Shown here piece by piece: positions 53,401 to 64,000 of a DNA stretch of 64,000 nt (positions are counted from its first letter, which is position 1; every line of letters starts with the position of its first letter). The stretch is from Naegleria gruberi (taxonomy: Eukaryota): the NCBI GenBank assembly GCA_000004985.1, contig GG738845.1. One strand, written 5' to 3'. A model generated the notes under the pieces. It saw nothing but the letters and a program-made list of their open reading frames with translations. It was not told where the DNA came from and did not search any database. A program made the translations under genes and the position numbers.

Positions 53401-56400
53401 TTACTTTCTAATATCTTTAGAACTAATATTTTGCAACTCCTTAATTATTTGAGAGAATTCAGGTCTATCTTTTGGATCCTTATCCCAACACTTCTTCATC
53501 AACTTGATATAATCAAAAATAATAGCTCTCATGGTTTTGTAATTATATTGCTTTGAATGGAAAGGATATTCATTGTAATATTCATCAAATTCACGTTCAT
53601 TATTGAAAGGAATCATGGGACGAACTCCACTCAATACCTTTTGAGGAATATTGAAAGGTGTAAGATCACCACTTGCTGAACTATTACTTGAATAACTGCC
53701 ATATTGTGAACCTTTACTTGAGAGAGGTTTTGACGTTTTGGCGCCAGTATATGGAATATCCTCAAATAAAGTTTCCCACATTATAATTCCGAATGAATAA
53801 ATATCCAACCTATTATCAATTACAGCACATGAAGTTTCACCAAACATTTCTGGAGCTAGATAATATAGAGTACCTAATAAAAATTAATAGTAGTATCATA
53901 TTCATTTTAACAATTGGTTGTTGAATGAATACTTACCAATATTTGTTGTAAGATTTTTAGATTTTTGTTGGAATATTCTACTCAATCCAAAATCTGAAAT
54001 CTTACTATTGTAATTCCTATCGAGTAATATATTTCCAGGTTTCAAATCTCTATTTATGGTGTTTGAAAAAAGGTTTGTTAGCTTCTATTGACTTACCTAT
54101 GAATGATACATGGATTTAGAGAGTGCAAATAATTGACTCCTCTCGAAACTCCAAGTAGAATATGAATTTTCTCTTCCAATGTAAGTGTTATCCTTCCACT
54201 CTTACTCTTATATAACACATTCTCCAAACTACCATGTTCCATATACTCAATTACCATGTATTTGGTATTATTTGATACAGAAACACCATAAAAATTAACT
54301 ATGTTTGGATGTCTCAAACTCTTCATCAAACTCACTTCAGTTTCAAATTCCTCATTCATCTTTTCTGCCTCATCCCCATCATTTGAAGAAGTGACAAGTG
54401 TTTTGATTGCAACCATTGTATTAGGTTTCAATAAGCATTTGTAAACAACTCCAGAAGCTCCTTGACCTATCTTGGAAATAATGCTTAAATTTTCAATTGG
54501 AATAAACATGCTGGATTTTGATTTGTAAGTTGGTGATTCCAATCGTAAATAATCACCATTATGATCTCGAGTAGTTGAGTAGTACATTGCCTTGCTTTCG
54601 TGTGATGATAATTCTTGTTCTTCATCCTCATTGATTAGTGGAATTGTTTTAGAATCTGATTTATAGACAGCTTTCTTATTCGAACTAAATATATTATTAA
54701 TACTGAATGTAGTATCATAGTAATCAGAGTAATCTTTTTGTGAAAAATCAAATGTCTTTTCTATAATATTTCTTTCCAATTCATTTTCTGCTTGTTCAAT
54801 CTTTTGTAGCTTTTTCAACCTTTTCACAACTCTATTATTAATCAAGACAATACTGTAGATGAAAAGGAATCCCAACAAGAAGCCAGTCAATAACATGAAA
54901 ATTCCCCCAATAATAGAGCATGGCAAGATGATATCATATCTAACCCTGTCCTTACAAATATACCATCCATTACCATCATATCTCATCTCCATTAAACTTG
55001 GACAATCTAGCAAAGTAATGCTCACATTGAACACGACACTATCAGCATCCAAATAATAATGGTATTCTGTTGAATTTGTCAATAAGTTTGTTTCCATTAT
55101 TGAACTAGTCTTGATAAAAACACTAAAATAGGGAATTACATTAGAATGACTAAACTGATCAATACCCTTGTTTTTAAAATCAATATTAGGATAATTGAAG
55201 TCTGTATCATTAGTTGTCACACTGGTAGTTTTGATGAATGGGATATTTGCACCAAAAATGTCATAAAATATTGATGTCATATTGATAACTTGTCCAGGAT
55301 ATAATGCCAATCTAATAGTATCTAGTCTTGTGATATTCTTAAATGTTATGGTATTAATGCACCCACTGTGGATGTAACGATCATTGCTATTTCTATCAAT
55401 ATTTGTAACAGTACAATAGCTGAAATCAGCTGTATTAATACTAGATGAGGCTTGATTACCATAGATAAGTGCCTTATTATCGCTGCTATTTGTGACAGTG
55501 ATCTTGCTTCTTTTAGTCTTTTCAAGTTCTACTAATCTTCCCAAATGCAAATGGTAGCAGCCACCAGTAAATTCGGCATTATTTCCAAAACACTGAATAT
55601 CCAAGTTGTAAGAATTGATGGTGAAATGAGCTAAATACAATGCACCACCCCTAAGTCCTATATATTCACACTATAGTCAGTAAATGAAATATAGTCATAC
55701 TACATACCAGAATTATTTGTAAATGTGATATTGTTTCCAATTAAAGTATTGATTGAATTAATGAAAGCAGCTCCTCCAGAACCAAATGATTGAAAAATAT
55801 TCTTTGGTCTAAAGATGGCCTTGTTATTTGAAAATTGAAGATTGTACATGTTAAGTTGATGAATAGATGAGCAATAAAGAGCACCTAAACAATTGTTCAA
55901 TTAATTGCAATCATAGTACAATTCACTTACCTCCAGCATACGATCTGCTATTTTTAAAAATGGAATTCTCTATCAATACATTAGTACATGTTCGAATACT
56001 CACAGATCCTCTAACAGCCTCCAATGAATCAAAAGTTGTTTTGGAAATTTGAATATTTGACGAACCGAAATCAGTAGCAACTGAGCAATGAATATCAATG
56101 GATTTGACATCATAAAATTTAGAGTTGGAAATTAAAAGTTGGTGAACATAATTTTCAACAACTAGGAAATAACTACTATGAATTGACTTGAAATTAGAGT
56201 CTGTAATCTTGGCTGTCCCTACAGAGTCCCATGATATATAGGTTCCAGTATTCAGATTAATATCATTAATACCTTCCAAACCATTCAGCTCCAAATTGTA
56301 AACAGAGTTTGCCTTTATAAATCGGCTAGAATTATAAACGTTTACACTCTTGAATGAAACAAAACTTGTATATGAAAATTGTAATGGATTTTCCAAGTTA

Positions 56401-57287
56401 TAAAATCTATTGTTAATAAATTTCACTTTATCCAACTCTCTGAACATGAATTCAGATTTGTTAATAATACTATTTGAAAGTGTAAAACTATTTGTATCTA
56501 TCGTTCTATACTTGGTAAAACTTATTTTTGAGCCATGTACCTCCAGATTCGCCATTTGAGTATTTGCAATGGAGGCAGTTAAAGAGCAATCAATAATCTT
56601 ACCACTCGAAAATGATATAGACACACTATCATAAACTTCCAGTTTAGAGTTTAGGAAAGTGAAACCTGACATTGAAAACATTTTGGGCTCATTTGGATTA
56701 CCTTGTTGGACTTTAAGTTGCATATTTTCAAACTTGGTATTGCTTGCTATTATTCCAATTGAAGATATTACGTTATCTTTAAATGCATTTCCAATAAAAT
56801 GAATATTTTCCAAAAACAACAGAATTATCTTGCCATTTCCAAAATTAATAGAATTTGAACAATTAAATCGCACCAAATCACCATATCCTGTAAAATAAAA
56901 AACAGAAGTTTTGTAATTTAGTTTTGAAAAATCAATCGAACATTGTTCCTCCGTGATTGCATCACCATTCAACAAAAATCCAATATTTGATTGATTGCTT
57001 TGTAAATATTCCACTGTTGGATAACTTTGTTTAATACTAAAACAAGCTGTTTCCCATGTCAATCCACAATATCCACCACCACTACCATTATTAGTACTCG
57101 GAATGGTTGTTGTTGTTTGATTTATATATATTGTAATACTGGGTGACAATTGTCCTAAAATATTCGTAAAATTCTGCAAATAATATATTATTATAAAAAG
57201 TATACTGAATGAATAAAAGATCATTGGTTGGATAGGATTTAATTTCCTCCGATGATGCTGGTGTGTGAGTGAAAGCTTCATGTGCAT
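53401..57287 (-). CDS. receptor-type protein kinase (TKL/Ser-Thr-like catalytic loop) with signal/TM, large repetitive beta-strand-rich ectodomain and a single TM; at least 5 exons
   Basis: Exons 55923-57287, 55700-55900, 54093-55640, about 53943-54060 and 53401-53847, joined by GTAAGT/GTATGT...AG introns that I verified by hand translation. Ectodomain has Asn-ladder-like repeats (NxxFxNN...). TM ILPCSIIGGIFMLLTGFLLGFLFIYSIVLI. Kinase domain has IGQGASGVVYKCL...VAIK, HRDLKPGNILL and DFG. Confidence 0.7.
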
Positions 57288-57895
57288 TTTTTTTTAAAGA
57301 TATTTTGTAATCAAAATAAATTCCAAGTTTTCCTGTCCTTTTTGATTCTAGTTGAAATATGATGGGTGTTCAAAAAAGATACGAATTTGAATGGTAGTTA
57401 AACGCTGAAACCTAATTGAAACCCAACTTGTATTTAATTGCTTAGAATCTCAGAGAATCATATCAGATTAACTTGATGTAATATTTAACAAGTGGAAATT
57501 GTTATGAATCTCCATGACTTAAATTTTGTACACTATTTAGTTTTTTAAAGGAACGGATCAAGAACAACTTGTTCAAACACCTATCACTCTCTCATTCTAA
57601 GACTTCACGCTCTTTCATCATGTGAACAAAAATTGCCTTAATGTGTGAAAAATTCTCCATTCCACTAACAATCACCTCAATAATCCCAATAAAAGCAGTT
57701 TTTCAATATCCGTTTCACATACGTATACTAACAGCTACACACATAGAGGTGGTGACCGAGTTGGATCGGAGTGAGAATGTGTTAACAGTTTTCTTGTCCG
57801 ACATACTTGGCAATTTAATTGAACAAAAAAAATTCAACACACCCAAAGTTGATTCCAATTTGCTTTTTAATTCCGAACAATAAGATTGCTTCAGG

Positions 57896-58759
57896 ATGGC
57901 TCTAAATAATAACCATACCAGTGGTGTGCCTGAATGGGTTGGCAATGTCGACTTGAATAATATGGGATTAGATCAACAGTTCTATTACTTGATTAGATCT
58001 AATTTCTCTGAACTTGAAATTACCACAACAGTTTCAATCTTTTATATTTTCTTTTTATATACAATTCTAAGTTTACCATGGTATTTTATTAAAGTGTTTA
58101 AACCATCCTTCCTATACAAGTATAAACTTCAACAAAAAGAAGAAGAAAAACAAACAGATTGGGGTTGCATTTTACAATTGGTTATTAACCATTTACTCAT
58201 TCTTCCAATGTTATATATGGGTTATCCAGTTCTCAAGTGGGTCGGAGTTAGTTATGATTTGGCTCTTCCATCTTGGTGGGATATGTTGGCACGTTCAATG
58301 ATTTTCCTTGTAGTTGAAGATGCTTGGTTTTATTGGGTCCATCGTTTTATGCACACTGATTTTGGTTACAATTATATTCACAAAATACATCACGAATATC
58401 AAACACCAATAGGATATTGTTCATCTTATGCCAGTTGTGTTGAATTTATAATTTTAGGTATTGGATCATTCATTGGACCATTCCTCTTTGGCTGTCCACA
58501 TATTATGTCATGGTGGGTTTGGATGACTGTTCGTCAAATTGAAGCTATTGATTGTCACACTGGTTTCCATTTCCCTTGGAGTTTGTGTAATTTCCTTCCT
58601 TTCTATTGTGGACCTATTCACCACGACCATCATCACAAAACTTATAATGGAAACTATGCTAGTACTTTCACATGGTGGGATTGGATGTGCGGAACTGATA
58701 AGGGCTATCGTCTCTGGTTGGAAAAGCAAAAGAAGAAACAAGAAAAGAAGGTTGAATAA
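57896..58759 (+). CDS. fatty-acid hydroxylase superfamily enzyme, C-4 methylsterol oxidase (ERG25/SMO)-like
   Basis: Three His boxes in the order expected for ERG25-type enzymes: HRFMH, HKIHHEY, HDHHH. TM helices and a KK-rich C-terminus. Confidence 0.7.
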   Translation: MALNNNHTSGVPEWVGNVDLNNMGLDQQFYYLIRSNFSELEITTTVSIFYIFFLYTILSLPWYFIKVFKPSFLYKYKLQQKEEEKQTDWGCILQLVINHLLILPMLYMGYPVLKWVGVSYDLALPSWWDMLARSMIFLVVEDAWFYWVHRFMHTDFGYNYIHKIHHEYQTPIGYCSSYASCVEFIILGIGSFIGPFLFGCPHIMSWWVWMTVRQIEAIDCHTGFHFPWSLCNFLPFYCGPIHHDHHHKTYNGNYASTFTWWDWMCGTDKGYRLWLEKQKKKQEKKVE

Positions 58760-58947
58760 TTAAAATTGTAAAAAAATTCACATCATTTTTCATATATTTA
58801 ATTTTGATATCATCATCTCAATAGAGTGTGTTGAAATAAGCAATTCTGATATACTTTGCAAAAATTAATGTATTATTATTATTCATCATCATCATCATGA
58901 TGAAATAATGTATTATTATATTATTAATAAAATAATTATTGAAAAAT

Positions 58948-59706
58948 TTAAAATTCAAGATGTTCGAATGAGGTGACTGCTTCAAAAGTATGATCTTCTG
59001 GTAATTTCATAGTACCTGGTCTAACAGAGAGTACTGAATCAATACCAGCTTCTCTTGCAGCAATTGCTTCTCCGATATTATCAGTCAAGAAGAGGATATC
59101 ACTATTTGGGATTCCAGTTCTTTCCAAAATTTTAACATAACTTGATTTTTCCAATTTGTTTCCAATATTTGATGTATCGAAATGATCAACAAAGTATGGT
59201 AATAAATTTCCATGAGTTGAATATTGGAATAATAATTTTTGAGCTTGTACACTTCCACTTGAATAAATGTAAATATTCTTTCCTTGCTTTTTGATTCTTT
59301 CAAAAAAGTCAAAAGCATCATCATAAACTTCTCCCAAAATATTACCACTTTCATAGCCACTTCTCCACATGTGACCTTGTAATTGTTTCAAAGCAGTCAT
59401 TTTTCTATCCTTGTCCATATTATAAACAACATTATCAATAACAGATTGTTGTGAATCAATGTTAATTTGTGGAGCATCCTTAAAATCCGATTGGCTATTA
59501 GCATCTTGTTCTGCTTGTTCCTTGAGTGAGAGGACATCCTTTTTGGTTTCTTCGCTTTCCCATGTTTCTTCAATATGAGTTTTCAATGACTTTCTAATGT
59601 ATGGAAATAAATTTTCAGCAACAAAAACAATTGGAGTTGTTGTTCCTTCAATATCAAACATGAAGGTCTTGTATTTGGAGACGGAAATTCTTTTAACAGC
59701 AGACAT
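58948..59706 (-). CDS. enolase-phosphatase E1 (HAD superfamily; methionine salvage)
   Basis: N-terminal HAD motif I FDIEGTTTPI followed by the FVAENLFPYI pattern typical of enolase-phosphatase E1. 252 aa, C-terminal HAD motifs. Confidence 0.8.
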   Translation of the reverse strand: MSAVKRISVSKYKTFMFDIEGTTTPIVFVAENLFPYIRKSLKTHIEETWESEETKKDVLSLKEQAEQDANSQSDFKDAPQINIDSQQSVIDNVVYNMDKDRKMTALKQLQGHMWRSGYESGNILGEVYDDAFDFFERIKKQGKNIYIYSSGSVQAQKLLFQYSTHGNLLPYFVDHFDTSNIGNKLEKSSYVKILERTGIPNSDILFLTDNIGEAIAAREAGIDSVLSVRPGTMKLPEDHTFEAVTSFEHLEF

Positions 59707-60496
59707 TTTTTTTTGTTTTTTTTAAAAAATTCAAAAATCAAATTGACTTGTTTACTGTTAATTGAATTGCGTGAAAGTTATTTGGAAGAATATGGTTTCA
59801 TACAGTAATTACTTGGAAAAAGCTGTTGTTGAACAAGAAGGAATCATCGTTGATGATTAAGCATTTTGGATAATGAAACAGTTCAGTAAAATGCAAAATC
59901 ATTTCACTTTTAAAAGAATATTCAATGTAAATTGAAAGTTTCCATCATTCCACTGTCCAAGTCCACATCCTATCCATTGAATATTCTCCGTACATAATAT
60001 GATACAATTTTCTTCCTTATTAATTTTTGCAAATGGATAAAGGTGGTTCTAAGCAGCAAACCAAACCATAACACTCTTACTTCGCTCACACTTTCTCGTT
60101 CTCCGAATAACCACTTCTTACCTCAAGTAGCAAAAGGGATGGAGAATGCAAACTCTACACATCAGGTAATACGCACTTCCACGTTATTTTTCAATGACCG
60201 CAAAGCACGGATAATGATATTCAATGCCACTCCACCTATGAATGAGCTTATCTGTGTATGAGTATCGGACAGAGAGTTCTCTGCTGCAGCATAGTGGTCT
60301 TGTCGGGATTGAAATTAAAATCACAAATTCATCATGGCCAGTATATTATTCACTCAACACAACTTTAAAAAAAACTAGCCGATATTCAAAATCACTCTCA
60401 GTGTGTGATTACCTCTCTACTCTCTTTCTCTATATTTATTCACACAATCAATTATTAATAATTTGATAGTGTCACTCTCGAGTTTTATTCTAATAT

Positions 60497-60540
60497 ATAT
60501 ACATACACAATCACACATACACACATACACATACACATAC
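60497..60540. repeat. (ACACATAC)n-like microsatellite immediately upstream of the sterol desaturase start codon
   Basis: Direct read: atatatacatacacaatcacacatacacacatacacatacacatac. Confidence 0.8.
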
Positions 60541-60553
60541 CCCTATATACAAT

Positions 60554-61477
60554 ATGGACTTGTTAAGAGTTTTGGAAATTATTCCATTGCCATCGGCAGC
60601 CACCTGTGAAAGTATACCTTCACTTGTTCAATATATCCATGATGCTGTTTTGGCCACTAATCAAATGGATTTAATATCACAATTTGTTGTCTTGTGGTTT
60701 GCTGTGACCATTGCTGCCACAGTTGGATACTTTGCTGCCACTTCAATTTCCTATATGATTTTCTTTGGTATCTTTAGAGATTATTTCCATCCACCTCATG
60801 AACCACAACCATTCAAGGGACAAGAATGGTTAGAAGCCAAAATGAGTATGATTGCTATTCCATGGTTATCCTTCTTGACCATTCCATTCTTTATTGGTGA
60901 ATTGAAAGGTCATTCTAAACTCTATTGGCAAGCTGAAAATGATCCATTGTGGTACTATGTTGTTGTAGTGAGTGCCTTTATCTTGTTTACTGATATGTGT
61001 ATTTATTGGATCCATCGTTGGGAACATACCTTCCCATTGCTTTACAAGTATATCCACAAACCACATCACAAATGGTTGGTTGTTACTCCATTTGCTGCAT
61101 TTGCTTTCCATCCTTTGGATGGTTGGGCTCAAGCTTTACCATATCACATCTTTGTCTATTTGATTCCTATGAATACCAAATTATACATTTCACTCTTTGT
61201 TGTTGTTCAATTGTGGTCAATTAACATTCATGATGGTGTTGATGCTGTCGGAAGTAGACTTGGATCCTCTGCTAGTCAATATGTCAATGGTTCTCTTCAT
61301 CACTTTATTCATCACACTAGATTTGATTATAACTATGGTCAATACTTTACCATTTGGGATAGAATTATGGGATCTCACTATGATCCAAAACCAGATTTTG
61401 ATACTGGTGATTTTAATTTACCAAAACAAAATTACAATGAAGGAATGCATCCTGCCGATAAGAAGAAATCTAAATAA
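60554..61477 (+). CDS. sterol desaturase family enzyme, C-5 sterol desaturase (ERG3/SC5D)-like
   Basis: His boxes HRWEH, HKPHHKW and HHFIHH in the TM-rich fatty-acid hydroxylase fold. YWIHRWEHTFPLLYKYIHKPHHKW resembles the lathosterol oxidase signature. Confidence 0.7.
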   Translation: MDLLRVLEIIPLPSAATCESIPSLVQYIHDAVLATNQMDLISQFVVLWFAVTIAATVGYFAATSISYMIFFGIFRDYFHPPHEPQPFKGQEWLEAKMSMIAIPWLSFLTIPFFIGELKGHSKLYWQAENDPLWYYVVVVSAFILFTDMCIYWIHRWEHTFPLLYKYIHKPHHKWLVVTPFAAFAFHPLDGWAQALPYHIFVYLIPMNTKLYISLFVVVQLWSINIHDGVDAVGSRLGSSASQYVNGSLHHFIHHTRFDYNYGQYFTIWDRIMGSHYDPKPDFDTGDFNLPKQNYNEGMHPADKKKSK

Positions 61478-62427
61478 AACACATTATATTTTTGAACTAT
61501 TTCTCTAATTTTTAAATGAATGATTCAAATGGGTCATATACTTAATATTTCTTTACAAGGAGAATAAAGGCATACTATTCCACTAATTTAAGCACCAGTT
61601 GGGACGCTTCACGCAAACAGAAGTCATAATGAAAAAATGAGAGAAAACAAGCAAATTGAAATAATTCACACAAAACACAAAAAATTAAACACGTGTTTTT
61701 TCATGATAATTGAATAATTCGAGATTTTTCAGTTTTATTTGAAATATCTTCAATGTTAAGTTTTAAATGAAAACTATTAAAATTGGAGAAATCAAAAAAA
61801 ACAAGAAAACGCTCTCAAATATGATAACCACCAAGATTTCAAATAATCCACCAATAATGATTACTCTTTCGTCTCTGTGATAACATGAGTAAATAAACTG
61901 GTTATTAGGAAGAATACAACCATGAACTAAGAGGAAAAAGAAAGATACTCAACATTATCTGTATATAATGGCAAATAAGGAAGGACATCTAAACATCTGG
62001 ATATTGTAAAGATCTAATTGTTGATTCTTTGTTTTTTCCAGTTGATATTGATTAACAAAGGTCTTCCATTTATTGGAGATGAGGGTTTGCTTCGAAAGTA
62101 TTTTAATAAGAAACTTGCCTTGATTAGAATTGTTGTAGAGAATGTAAACAGCCATATTAAGAAATGGAAGCCCATCTGGATCTAGTTCATCGGATAGAAT
62201 TTGTAAAATTCGTGAAATGAGCCAGATATTCAATAAATTTATGTTTTATTGTGTTTTGTGGATTTGTTTCAGAATAATCACAATTCTAGAAAATTCACAA
62301 CAAACAGAAAATTTACACAAAACACGTGTTTTATTAAAAAATTGAAAAAATCAGTGCAAACAGATAACTCACCAAAAAGGTGAATCACCCCAAGTAGTAA
62401 AATCAATTGACTTGGTAAATTGAAAAA

Positions 62428-63705
62428 ATGCCAAAACATAGAAAGCATAAAACTCTTCCCAATCAGCAAGAATTAATTAATTTACAAGATTCGAATGTTG
62501 TTGAATTAAACCTTGAAAGCTCCAATCAAATATTCCCAGATGATATTTGTTGTGAAATATTTTCCTATTTATCGAATAATACATTCCATCTCCTTCTTTC
62601 TTGTTCACTTGTTTGTAGACAATGGTTTCGAATAATTAAAGAATATTCACATCTTTATTTAATATTTAAAAAACAATTTCCCCGAATGCTCCTGATGAAT
62701 AGTTTGTATTTGAATAGAGTTACTAGTTTGGAAATTGGAGAGAATGTAATGATTGAAAGTGATTTATTAAAAACAATGGTCAACTGGCAAGTTTGCAAAA
62801 AGATGAATAATTTGAAGAGATTTCACATTTATAAAAATGATATTGGTGAAGAAGGAGTGAAAGAAATATTAGAAATGTCTCAATTGACTGATGTTTCCAT
62901 TATTTCAAATGGAATCACACGTGACGAAATGAAATTAATGGGAAAATTGAAACATTTAACAAGAATTGACCTGAGTTGGAATCCTATTGGTGATGAAGGA
63001 TTGAAATCTCTTTCAGAAATGAAAGAATTATTAACAAGTTTACATGTTTCACATTGTAAAATTGGTGATTTGGGATGTGAAATAATTGGTCAAATGTATC
63101 AATTGACTGAATTGGATATTAGTAGCAATAGTGGTTGGAATTCCAAGGTTTCTTCAATAGGAGTAAAATCAATTAGTCAACTGAAAAAATTAACAAAATT
63201 GAACATTAGTAGAAATAATATTAATGGAGAAGGTATCAAGTCAATTAGTGAAATGAAACAATTGATTTCACTAAATGTTTTCAATTGTAGCATTTCAAAA
63301 GAGTTTACAAAATTTCTAGTGTCAGAAAAATTGACAGAACTTGATATTGGAAATAATATCTACTTGGATGATTCATTTTTAGAAATGAAACAATTGAGAA
63401 TACTTAAAATGGAAGGTCTTCTTGTTAAGATTCCAGAAAAGATTCGTCAATTGAAAGAATTAACAGAGCTAGATGTGTCATCATGTAGATCTAATGATAG
63501 AGATTTTGTGTATGATATAAAAGAATTAAGAAATTTGAAAAAGCTGTTCCTTAGACGGAATGCATCAATTCAAGATAAAGGAGTGATTTTGCTGAGCCAA
63601 CATTTGGAACACTTGACCGAGTTGGATATTCGTGATTGTGGAATTAGTTACGAAGTAGAAAAATCACTCAAACACAAGAAAAATTTGACTAAACTTGTGT
63701 TGTGA
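62428..63705 (+). CDS. F-box-like / leucine-rich repeat (RNI-type) protein
   Basis: N-terminal IFPDDICCEIFSYLS. Repeated LTxLDxSxNxIGDEGxKSISEMKxL units. A paralog-like of the 51847-53232 protein. Confidence 0.7.
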   Translation: MPKHRKHKTLPNQQELINLQDSNVVELNLESSNQIFPDDICCEIFSYLSNNTFHLLLSCSLVCRQWFRIIKEYSHLYLIFKKQFPRMLLMNSLYLNRVTSLEIGENVMIESDLLKTMVNWQVCKKMNNLKRFHIYKNDIGEEGVKEILEMSQLTDVSIISNGITRDEMKLMGKLKHLTRIDLSWNPIGDEGLKSLSEMKELLTSLHVSHCKIGDLGCEIIGQMYQLTELDISSNSGWNSKVSSIGVKSISQLKKLTKLNISRNNINGEGIKSISEMKQLISLNVFNCSISKEFTKFLVSEKLTELDIGNNIYLDDSFLEMKQLRILKMEGLLVKIPEKIRQLKELTELDVSSCRSNDRDFVYDIKELRNLKKLFLRRNASIQDKGVILLSQHLEHLTELDIRDCGISYEVEKSLKHKKNLTKLVL

Positions 63706-64000
63706 GTAATAGGATTGAATTAAATAACTATTATATTGGTATTAATTTGAAATAATTCTGAGTAAATTGATATAGAAATCAAATGTTGATTATCAGGTTT
63801 ACAAATAAAATTGAAAATTCATGATACCTTTATTTCAACCTAATGAAGAATATGTTATCATCATCATTACAGGATTTAGAGGTCAGGATTACCTAAAAAT
63901 TCTCTACGCTTTTGTTGAGCACACTTTGTGAACTCCTTCACCAGGTGTGAACAATTAAGAGTTCCGTATGGTGTATTGTTAGCCTTGAAACAATTAATCA

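Noticed and set aside
57896-61477. Sterol genes + enolase-phosphatase as a three-gene biosynthetic cluster
   Set aside because: Enolase-phosphatase E1 belongs to methionine salvage, has no mechanistic link to sterol oxidation, and is on the opposite strand. Only the two sterol enzymes are treated as possibly linked, and that is itself flagged as possibly coincidental.
61955-62469. Two minus-strand ORFs (61955-62233, 62278-62469) as genes
   Set aside because: They are short and extremely AT/low-complexity (poly-F/L/N), and overlap the likely promoter/5' UTR of the 62428 F-box/LRR gene. They have no recognisable motifs.
1-64000. Prokaryotic accessory/defence island (CRISPR, RM, TA, phage or novel system) as suggested by the task framing
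   Set aside because: The sequence shows spliceosomal introns with GTAAGT/GTATGT donors inside conserved genes (LC8, CCP, Utp21, kinase). It has an intron-containing tRNA with Pol III T-run terminators and typical eukaryotic genes (dynein LC8, LSm7, CtIP, Utp21). It has no Shine-Dalgarno-spaced operons and no direct-repeat/spacer arrays. The (TA)n and (ACACATAC)n tracts are microsatellites, not CRISPR repeats.

Overview
This window is eukaryotic nuclear DNA, not prokaryotic. It is AT-rich: coding sequence is roughly 65-68% AT and intergenic sequence exceeds 80% AT. It has short spliceosomal introns of about 45-110 nt with GTAAGT/GTATGT/GTACGT ... YAG borders, and low-complexity Asn/Gln/His/Ser tracts inside proteins. 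It carries two Pol III-type tRNA genes, each followed by a T-run; one of them, tRNA-Leu(TAG), has a canonical 37/38 intron.

The window holds about 35 protein-coding genes on both strands. Many of the supplied single ORFs are exons of multi-exon genes, and I reconstructed several exon junctions by eye. Products I could recognise include:
- RNA and ribosome biogenesis: U3 small-subunit processome proteins Utp21/WDR36 and Utp6, LSm7, an RNase III-domain protein.
- Membrane and organelle: a highly divergent membrane H+-pyrophosphatase paralog that has lost most catalytic aspartates, a Tim17/22/23-family protein, an N-terminally extended cyclophilin.
- Enzymes: an alpha/beta hydrolase, an S9 prolyl-oligopeptidase-family peptidase, a GH31 alpha-glucosidase, an M14 cytosolic carboxypeptidase, enolase-phosphatase E1 (methionine salvage).
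- Sterol enzymes: a C-4 methylsterol oxidase-like and a C-5 desaturase-like gene lie within 3.6 kb of each other, flanking enolase-phosphatase E1.
- Signalling and cytoskeleton: a myristoylated NCS-type EF-hand protein, dynein light chain LC8, a multi-exon receptor Ser/Thr-like (TKL) kinase with a large repetitive ectodomain.
- DNA repair: a CtIP/Sae2/Ctp1 DNA-end-resection factor with a conserved C-terminal CxxC...RHR motif.
- Protein-interaction architectures: a PX + F-box + LRR protein and two further F-box/LRR (RNI-type) proteins.
- Roughly a dozen unassignable proteins: coiled-coil, WD-like, multi-TM and unannotated ones.

There is a 2.7 kb AT-rich gene desert at 4.65-7.4 kb with (TA)n microsatellites, a G-quadruplex-type G-run and a duplicated 18-mer. 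A GC-rich island ending in T8 at about 25.16-25.30 kb looks like a Pol III ncRNA whose class I could not assign.

I found no CRISPR array, restriction-modification system, toxin-antitoxin pair, recognisable transposon or other prokaryotic defence/mobile element. The gene content (ergosterol-type sterol enzymes, TKL receptor kinases, F-box/LRR expansion, cytosolic carboxypeptidase, poly-N tracts) suggests a free-living AT-rich protist, amoebozoan- or heterolobosean-like. I cannot assign the organism from sequence alone.
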